A stretch of DNA of 64,000 nt from a virus, in IMG/VR virus record IMGVR_UViG_3300035210_000189, positions 1 through 64,000 of that record; one strand, 5' to 3'. Both the position numbers and the translations under genes were made by a program. Below, in pieces: positions 57,886-64,000 of the stretch. The first letter of the stretch is position 1. Every line of letters begins with the position of its first letter. The notes below the pieces were generated by a model that worked only from the letters and a program-made list of their open reading frames with translations, ran no database searches and was not told where the DNA came from.

Positions 57886-58925
57886 ATTAAAAAAGGATTT
57901 TCAAGTTCTTTCACATTTTCAACTGTCTTAATGAATAGATAAATAATGGATTGTTTCTTGTCTTTTTTCATCTTTTCAATTTCGTTCATTGCAACCGCCA
58001 ACCCTTTATTTTTATAGACATCAAGCAAATGTAAATCGTTGTCTTTATGTTGAAGTAGACGATTGTATCTACCTACTTTTGTCCCTTCATAATACTTACC
58101 CAACTTTTCTTTTAAATATTCATTATTTATTGTTTCATATTTTGCATAAAAAGTTTCGACTATCTTAAAAATTTCATCATTAGATGGTTTGTTAGTTCTT
58201 ACATATATGAACAGCCCCATAAAATCTTTATAATCATTAGATGATCTTTCCACTGACATCAATCCATCATTATAGAACTCAACATTTAATAGGTTGACTT
58301 TTGCTTTAATGACAGGTGTGCCTGCGGTTGTGTATTTACTGATTGCCTCAATTACTCTGTTATACATGTTTACTCTTAAAATATTTACATGTAAATTCAT
58401 GATCAGTGTTAACAACATAAAAGACACTGAAATTGTTGCTATCATTTTTATGTTTTTGAGGTCTTTCCTGTATACGAATAACACACTCAAAATAGAAATA
58501 ATGATGTAGTAATATTCAAAACTCATTGACTTTGTATCTGTGATTAATTCTTCGCTATACTGTGTTAAAAAATTAGACGTTGTAAGAAATTTAATCAATA
58601 TCAGTAAAACAATTTGAACCTTTAATGCTGTTGCTACTTTTTGACTAGTTTCACCTGACCCAGTATACAGAATAATGGTGATAATATTTAGTATTGGAAG
58701 CATAATATAAGTTACACTGAAATAATAACTTAATGTCACTCTCCAATATTCAGTTGGAGTTCCTGTTAACATTTCGTCTTGATACAATACTTTATTTATA
58801 TAGCCTGTTGTATCTAACCAGCCAAAATATCCAATAATAATGTATATGATATTAATAGCTAATATGTTGAGCATTACTTTCGTTGTTATTATTTTCATTT
58901 TTTTTCTCTCTATCACAATGATCAT
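57882..58925 (-). CDS. Multi-pass membrane protein, family M
   Basis: TGTP.EY, GTP..K.K, NKPSN.E.FK motifs shared with neighbours; true start probably ~58898. Confidence 0.8.
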   Translation of the reverse strand: MIIVIERKKMKIITTKVMLNILAINIIYIIIGYFGWLDTTGYINKVLYQDEMLTGTPTEYWRVTLSYYFSVTYIMLPILNIITIILYTGSGETSQKVATALKVQIVLLILIKFLTTSNFLTQYSEELITDTKSMSFEYYYIIISILSVLFVYRKDLKNIKMIATISVSFMLLTLIMNLHVNILRVNMYNRVIEAISKYTTAGTPVIKAKVNLLNVEFYNDGLMSVERSSNDYKDFMGLFIYVRTNKPSNDEIFKIVETFYAKYETINNEYLKEKLGKYYEGTKVGRYNRLLQHKDNDLHLLDVYKNKGLAVAMNEIEKMKKDKKQSIIYLFIKTVENVKELENPFLI

Positions 58926-58962
58926 AAACCAATCAGGCAGATTGGTTTATTTTTTATTCTTA

Positions 58963-59979
58963 TTAATTATTGACAATTTCTTTCTTTTCTTCAACTTTCT
59001 TTGGTTCCTGTTTCTCGGCACTAATAAGTAATCTTAATATCGAACCTTTCTTTGATATTTCTATTTCTTTTAGTGCGGCTTCTAAACCTTGTGTTTTATA
59101 AATATCAATAATTTTCATGTCATTTTCTTTATACAAATGCATTTTGTTATTAAGAGCTAACCTCGTTTGTTTGGCATCATCACCCATTTTTTCTTTTAAA
59201 TAGGTTTCATCATAATGAACGTGATTAGCATAAAAGTTTTCTACCATTTTAAATAGTTCTTCATTACTTGGCTTATTTATTCCAGCATAAACCAAGAGAT
59301 CAAGGTAATTAGTTTGGTTCTCCGTCAATCTATCTAAGGTAGATACACCGTCTTCATAACTTTCAGCCCCGAATAAAGTGACCTTATGTTTCATAAGTGG
59401 TGAGCCAACAGGTTTTAGTTTACTCATAACAATTGCTGATTTGTTTGCCAAATCAACTCTTAAAATATTATTTTCTATATTCAAAATAAATGAAACCAGT
59501 AAACATGCTGAGGTTACAGCAACTAGACCTACTTTGTTTTTGAAATTAAAGTTATAGACTAATATGGCACTAGCAATTGCTACAATGACATAATAAATAC
59601 CAAATGTAGAAGGTTCAAATGCTTCAATTGGCGTTTTATTATAGCCGTCAATAATAAACACTGTGATTATACTGATCACGGTGGTGATAAACAATTGTAG
59701 GATTAAAGCGGCTGACACCTTTCGCATGATTTCGCCTTGTCCTCTATAAAAAAGGATTACTAGGTAGTTAATCACAAAAAAAGCTATAAAAACGATACTA
59801 AAATAATAATCTTTTTTTGCTGTCCAATACTCTTCTGGTGTGCCTGTTGTTAAATCGGCTGTTGCTATCAGACCATTTAAAAATCCTGCAGAGTTCATTA
59901 CTCCAAAATATCCAATTGTAATCAATGCCATATTTATGAGCAAAAACGCTAATGCTACTTTATTACCTATTATTTTCAT
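58963..59979 (-). CDS. Multi-pass membrane protein, family M
   Basis: Tandem paralog. Confidence 0.8.
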   Translation of the reverse strand: MKIIGNKVALAFLLINMALITIGYFGVMNSAGFLNGLIATADLTTGTPEEYWTAKKDYYFSIVFIAFFVINYLVILFYRGQGEIMRKVSAALILQLFITTVISIITVFIIDGYNKTPIEAFEPSTFGIYYVIVAIASAILVYNFNFKNKVGLVAVTSACLLVSFILNIENNILRVDLANKSAIVMSKLKPVGSPLMKHKVTLFGAESYEDGVSTLDRLTENQTNYLDLLVYAGINKPSNEELFKMVENFYANHVHYDETYLKEKMGDDAKQTRLALNNKMHLYKENDMKIIDIYKTQGLEAALKEIEISKKGSILRLLISAEKQEPKKVEEKKEIVNN

Positions 59980-60994
59980 TTTTTTCCCCTAAGTTAATAT
60001 TTTCTTTATTTTTCTTTATTTTTATTAAAGCTGACAATAATGTTTTATTCTTTGTTTCATTTAGTGCTTGCATTGCAGCCTTAACACCATCTTTTTTGTA
60101 TATATTAATTAACCTTATGTCTTCATCTTTATATTTCATTAAATTATTATATTGATGTATTTTTGTTGCTTTTATTTCATAACCAATTTTACTTTTCAAA
60201 TACGCTTCATCTTTTGGTATAAAATTATCATGAAACTTTTCCATTATCTCAAAGATGTCTTCATTACTGAATTCATTATATGTAAGATAATGAAATAATT
60301 TAACATAATCAGTATAGTTTTCTGTTGCTCTTTCTATGGTGACTACACCATCTGGTAGGCTCTCTCCACTTAGCAACGTAGCCTTGTGTTTATAAAGTGG
60401 TGTTCCTTCTTTGTTAAATGCCATACTATGTTCAGTGATTATATTTGTGATACTAGCACTTAAAATATTTCCTTGAAAGTTAATTAAAATTGCTACGCTT
60501 AGACAAGCAATAGCTGTTAGACTCATCATTCTGACATTCTTTAAGTTATTAATATTTGAGAGATAGACAGCAATCGCTGCTATTATTAAACAATAAATAT
60601 TAAAAGATGTTGGATTGTATTCAGTTAAAACTCTTATTTTATTTTCTGATAATGATTGTATGGCACCATAAAAAATAAATATAATGCTGTAAATCAATAT
60701 TTGAACTTTTAAAGCAAATGCTATTATTCTTGTTGTTGCTGTTTTTCCAAAATATAATAATATTAACAAATAGCTTACGATATAAAATAATATGTAGACT
60801 ATACTGAATACTAAATTCGTGTTTAGTTTTATATATTCTGATTCTGTTCCAGTTATATATTTGTAAGGACCAGCAGTACTGTATAAAAAACCAGCCGCTT
60901 CTGTTATTCCCATGTAACTTAATGCAATTAGTATTACGTTTATTAATGCTATTGCGATCACAAGTTTACCGCTTATTATGTTTTCAATTTTCAT
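59963..60994 (-). CDS. Multi-pass membrane protein, family M
   Basis: Tandem paralog. Confidence 0.8.
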   Translation of the reverse strand: MKIENIISGKLVIAIALINVILIALSYMGITEAAGFLYSTAGPYKYITGTESEYIKLNTNLVFSIVYILFYIVSYLLILLYFGKTATTRIIAFALKVQILIYSIIFIFYGAIQSLSENKIRVLTEYNPTSFNIYCLIIAAIAVYLSNINNLKNVRMMSLTAIACLSVAILINFQGNILSASITNIITEHSMAFNKEGTPLYKHKATLLSGESLPDGVVTIERATENYTDYVKLFHYLTYNEFSNEDIFEIMEKFHDNFIPKDEAYLKSKIGYEIKATKIHQYNNLMKYKDEDIRLINIYKKDGVKAAMQALNETKNKTLLSALIKIKKNKENINLGEKNENNR

Positions 60995-61479
60995 TTTTCT
61001 TCACTTAATTTAAATTCTATGAATGTCTGATCGCCTTTTATGTACAATGGGTGTTTTGGCATACCGGCTTTGGTAGTCCCTAAACAATACATTTCAACGC
61101 CTAACTCACTCAGCATGTTGTAGACTTCAATCACTCTATTCATCTTGGCATTTCCACCCCAAGCACAAATGATTTTTTTATTACTGGTAAATAAGTTCTT
61201 CAAATATTCATCATTTTCACAACCCACCGGATCTTCGGTTAACCAGAGACTTTTTGGTGTGGGTGAACGATACGCATAAAGATTGACTACTTTGAGTGAA
61301 TCGTATCCATTATCTTTCGCAAATTGAATACATCGTCTAATCGTGGGATCATCAAGCATGGCATCTGCAGTGCTTGGATTTAGCATACAAAATATGGCGG
61401 GATTATTGGCGTTTTCTACGAAGTCTCTACCTAGTTCATAACGGTATTTTTGACACTGACTAATGATGGCTGTTTTCAT
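60991..61479 (-). CDS. DUF1643 family protein
   Basis: YRY.L.R, MLNPSTAD...DDPTIRRC, VNLYA.R, AWG, G.PKHPLY. Confidence 0.9.
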   Translation of the reverse strand: MKTAIISQCQKYRYELGRDFVENANNPAIFCMLNPSTADAMLDDPTIRRCIQFAKDNGYDSLKVVNLYAYRSPTPKSLWLTEDPVGCENDEYLKNLFTSNKKIICAWGGNAKMNRVIEVYNMLSELGVEMYCLGTTKAGMPKHPLYIKGDQTFIEFKLSEEK

Positions 61480-61666
61480 ATTTAAATTCTCCTTATCGCA
61501 TAATATAACAAAGAAAACTTAAGTCAAAAAATCAGGTTATATTTTATTAAATAATGTTGATTTATAAGTAATACACAATGTATTAGCATTATAGTGTATA
61601 TATACAAAGTATGATTGCTTTATTTATTTTAATACTATACACTGTCTTGCAAAATAGGAGCACCTT

Positions 61667-62176
61667 ATGAAATATTTTCTAATCCTGATTATTGTGCTTT
61701 TGAGTGGTATGTTGGTCAATGCTAACGATCCTGACATCGTATCCCCTAACTATGACATAACGGTCACTGATAAAAATAAAACGGTTAATCTTGTTATTCC
61801 ATCCAGTCTTGGACAAATATCCTATGCATCTATCGGAGAAGGAAAAGAAGATACCTTAATAGACTGTCTGATCAGTTTAGGTGAAATTGATGATTTAAAT
61901 GTCAAAACATCTGTTTATAACATTAAACGAATTGGTGCTGACATCTCTATTTACACATTATCTAAGAATAATGATCAATTTAAAGTAATGGTGGTCTACA
62001 CCAAACCAGAAATCAGATTAGACGATAATTTAACCAATAACGATCAGCGGTGTGATTTCTTAAACAGTGTTTCACCTACTATTAAATGGCTTGGTAACCT
62101 TAATATTGGACAAACTACAATTATTGTGACTCCTGATGGTAACGAGTTATATTTACAGATAACTAAATCTAAATAG
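61667..62176 (+). CDS. Exported protein, family B
   Basis: Signal peptide; two Cys; W.GNLNIG...GNELYL; paralog of the next two genes. Confidence 0.75.
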   Translation: MKYFLILIIVLLSGMLVNANDPDIVSPNYDITVTDKNKTVNLVIPSSLGQISYASIGEGKEDTLIDCLISLGEIDDLNVKTSVYNIKRIGADISIYTLSKNNDQFKVMVVYTKPEIRLDDNLTNNDQRCDFLNSVSPTIKWLGNLNIGQTTIIVTPDGNELYLQITKSK

Positions 62177-62236
62177 AAGTCCATTGTATATTTAAGTTAA
62201 GAGAGTATAATACTTGTAAACTTCGGAGACTTCATT

Positions 62237-62758
62237 ATGTTTAAATCATTATTGGCTATTGGTGTATTGTTGGCGTCAGGATTAATACATGCAGCAGAAA
62301 TAGACGATGCTGTCTATACTGTTAACTTTACTGACAAACATAACAAAATTATAGGATTTGAAGAGCTTGAGGTAGGTAATATGTCCTATGGTGGTATTGG
62401 TTCAATGAAAGATAAGAATAAGATTTCTAATTGTGTTATTGACGTTGATGATCCTTTGGCTCCACCTATACCTATTGAAATTTATTCAGCAACCGACTCA
62501 GATACGTTCGTTTCTGTTTTTACGATTTCAAAAATTAGAGATACATTTCATATGATTATATCACTTAAATATGAAGAAGATTTTTCAACCGAAAACTCTA
62601 TTAAAATTAATGACAAATGTACAATTGCTAATAATGTAGCCACTTTAATTGATGTTAACTGGGCTGGTGATATTAATGTTGGTGAAAAGAAAACTATAAA
62701 ACTTCCTAACAATAATGAACTTTATATGGAAGTTATTGAAGGTTATCCAGAACCATAA
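62237..62758 (+). CDS. Exported protein, family B
   Basis: Signal peptide; WAGDINVG..K.IKLPNNNELYM. Confidence 0.75.
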   Translation: MFKSLLAIGVLLASGLIHAAEIDDAVYTVNFTDKHNKIIGFEELEVGNMSYGGIGSMKDKNKISNCVIDVDDPLAPPIPIEIYSATDSDTFVSVFTISKIRDTFHMIISLKYEEDFSTENSIKINDKCTIANNVATLIDVNWAGDINVGEKKTIKLPNNNELYMEVIEGYPEP

Positions 62759-62828
62759 AATCCATATTTTAATATGATTGCAATTCTCTTTTTAAAAGAT
62801 ATAATTTATACTTTATAGGAGAATTACA

Positions 62829-63362
62829 ATGTTAAAACAAATTTTTATTGCAGGATCTTTATTGATCGCTTCGATATCCGCTTATGCTGTTGATGAAATA
62901 CCAAAATTATATAACTTTGATTTTAAAGATGACAAGGGAACCATTTCTTTTTCGTTAACGACACCCATTGGTAAAATGATCCCTATTCAAATCGCACAAG
63001 AAGATAAAGATAAAAGTTCTACATGCTTTCTTACATTAAATGATGAATTTGAAACTTCAACGCTTGAAGCTAAACAAAAAGTTAATCTTGGTATAACTGC
63101 GACTATTTATCCTTCCACTATCAAAGATGATGATATTAAATTGATGTTAGTTCTTAACAAACAAGAATACATTGCTTCAGAATCTCCACATGACCCTGTT
63201 AAACTTGGTGATACTTGCGATTTTTCTAACAGTCTTTCTGTAGTAGAAAATACTAACCTGCAGTGGATTGGCAATATTAAAGTGGGCAAAAAAGTAAAAG
63301 TTAAGTTATCTAACGATAATACTCTCTTTATTACAGCGACAGAAGTTAAACCAGACGCTTAA
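62829..63362 (+). CDS. Exported protein, family B
   Basis: Signal peptide; WIGNIKVG..VKVKLSNDNTLFI. Confidence 0.75.
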   Translation: MLKQIFIAGSLLIASISAYAVDEIPKLYNFDFKDDKGTISFSLTTPIGKMIPIQIAQEDKDKSSTCFLTLNDEFETSTLEAKQKVNLGITATIYPSTIKDDDIKLMLVLNKQEYIASESPHDPVKLGDTCDFSNSLSVVENTNLQWIGNIKVGKKVKVKLSNDNTLFITATEVKPDA

Positions 63363-63367
63363 TTATT

Positions 63368-64000
63368 ATGAACGAACATGTTTGTAAAATTAAACAAACA
63401 CTGCGTCAATTAGGCTTTTCACTATCAATTGTGGAGAGTCTAACTGATTCACACTTCCATTATTCAACTGAAAACGAACATTTCAAACACTCAAAATATA
63501 TTATTTCAGATTCTTCTAATATAAAAATTTTTGAATTAGAACTCTATGAATATAATGACTATAATACAATTAGTTTAAAGTTTGAACAGCAGCAAGAGAT
63601 TCTTAAAAGAATTAATCTTACAACTTATGATAAAAAAAATCTTTATCGTTACTGCACTCTTCATTTCGATAAAAAGTATGACTTCTTACACCTCAGCATC
63701 AGTGATGGCTTGGACATTATTACTGATAAATTAAAATATTCGTTTGACATTTTTATATGGTTTGACTTTGACATTAATTTAGATTTACAACGAATTAAAG
63801 TTTCTGGATACACTCATTCTGGAACTGAACTTTTATTTGATATTAGTAAGAATAAAGAAAATATACTTCCTATTGATGATGAACTCTTGTTGATTGAATT
63901 TCTTCAATATCAATATAATGATGATATTATTGGTTACGTTCCTGAGTTCTATATACCAGCCGCCTATGATTTCAATTCAGATGAATTTAACATCCGTATT
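63368..64000 (+). CDS. Hypothetical protein, 3' partial (not in ORF track)
   Basis: ATG 63368, open to the window end; composition and ELLLIEF segment resemble tag subfamily 4. Confidence 0.65.
   Translation, partial: MNEHVCKIKQTLRQLGFSLSIVESLTDSHFHYSTENEHFKHSKYIISDSSNIKIFELELYEYNDYNTISLKFEQQQEILKRINLTTYDKKNLYRYCTLHFDKKYDFLHLSISDGLDIITDKLKYSFDIFIWFDFDINLDLQRIKVSGYTHSGTELLFDISKNKENILPIDDELLLIEFLQYQYNDDIIGYVPEFYIPAAYDFNSDEFNIRI

Noticed and set aside
3990-60155. Many 60-210 aa antisense or out-of-frame ORFs in the track (e.g. 29576..30202, 48906..49445, 37278..37700)
   Set aside because: They are shadows of well-supported genes on the other strand or frame
1-64000. Genome-wide TAG recoding (genetic code 15)
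   Set aside because: Genes are intact in the standard code, and TAG acts as a true stop, for example right after the conserved tail of 13879 and 48211
1-64000. CRISPR array, IS/transposase, integrase, virion or replication genes
   Set aside because: No regularly spaced repeats or diagnostic motifs were found by eye

Overview
AT-rich, gene-dense accessory region of a very large extrachromosomal element, either a jumbo phage or a megaplasmid/phage-plasmid. The sigma70-type promoters and a PilV-like pilin suggest a gammaproteobacterial host. No virion, replication or chromosomal housekeeping genes are visible, so the replicon type cannot be settled. About 100 CDSs are present, mostly hypothetical and often in paralog families. 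Recognisable products are a PilV-like type IV pilus tip adhesin, signal peptidase I, two large Ig-repeat surface proteins, a DRB0094-type RNA ligase, a metallophosphoesterase, a SAM methyltransferase, a Zn deaminase, GNAT, KTSC and DUF1643 proteins, and tRNA-Arg(CCG). Three observations stand out. (1) A self-contained non-coding unit at 22940-23448 consists of a promoter, a ~355-nt structured RNA that reproduces the 23S rRNA L11-binding/GTPase-associated centre (H43-H44) split by a ~255-nt nested insertion, an atypical amber (CUA) tRNA with the alanine identity pair G3:U70, and a terminator. (2) Twelve proteins from several subfamilies that do not align by eye share the C-terminal tag [LIV]-x-[DEKR]-M-hydrophobic-x-I-stop. 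(3) A second ~305-nt ncRNA candidate on the minus strand (53034-53339) has its own promoter, palindromic operator and terminator. All protein family calls come from motif recognition by eye, without database searches.
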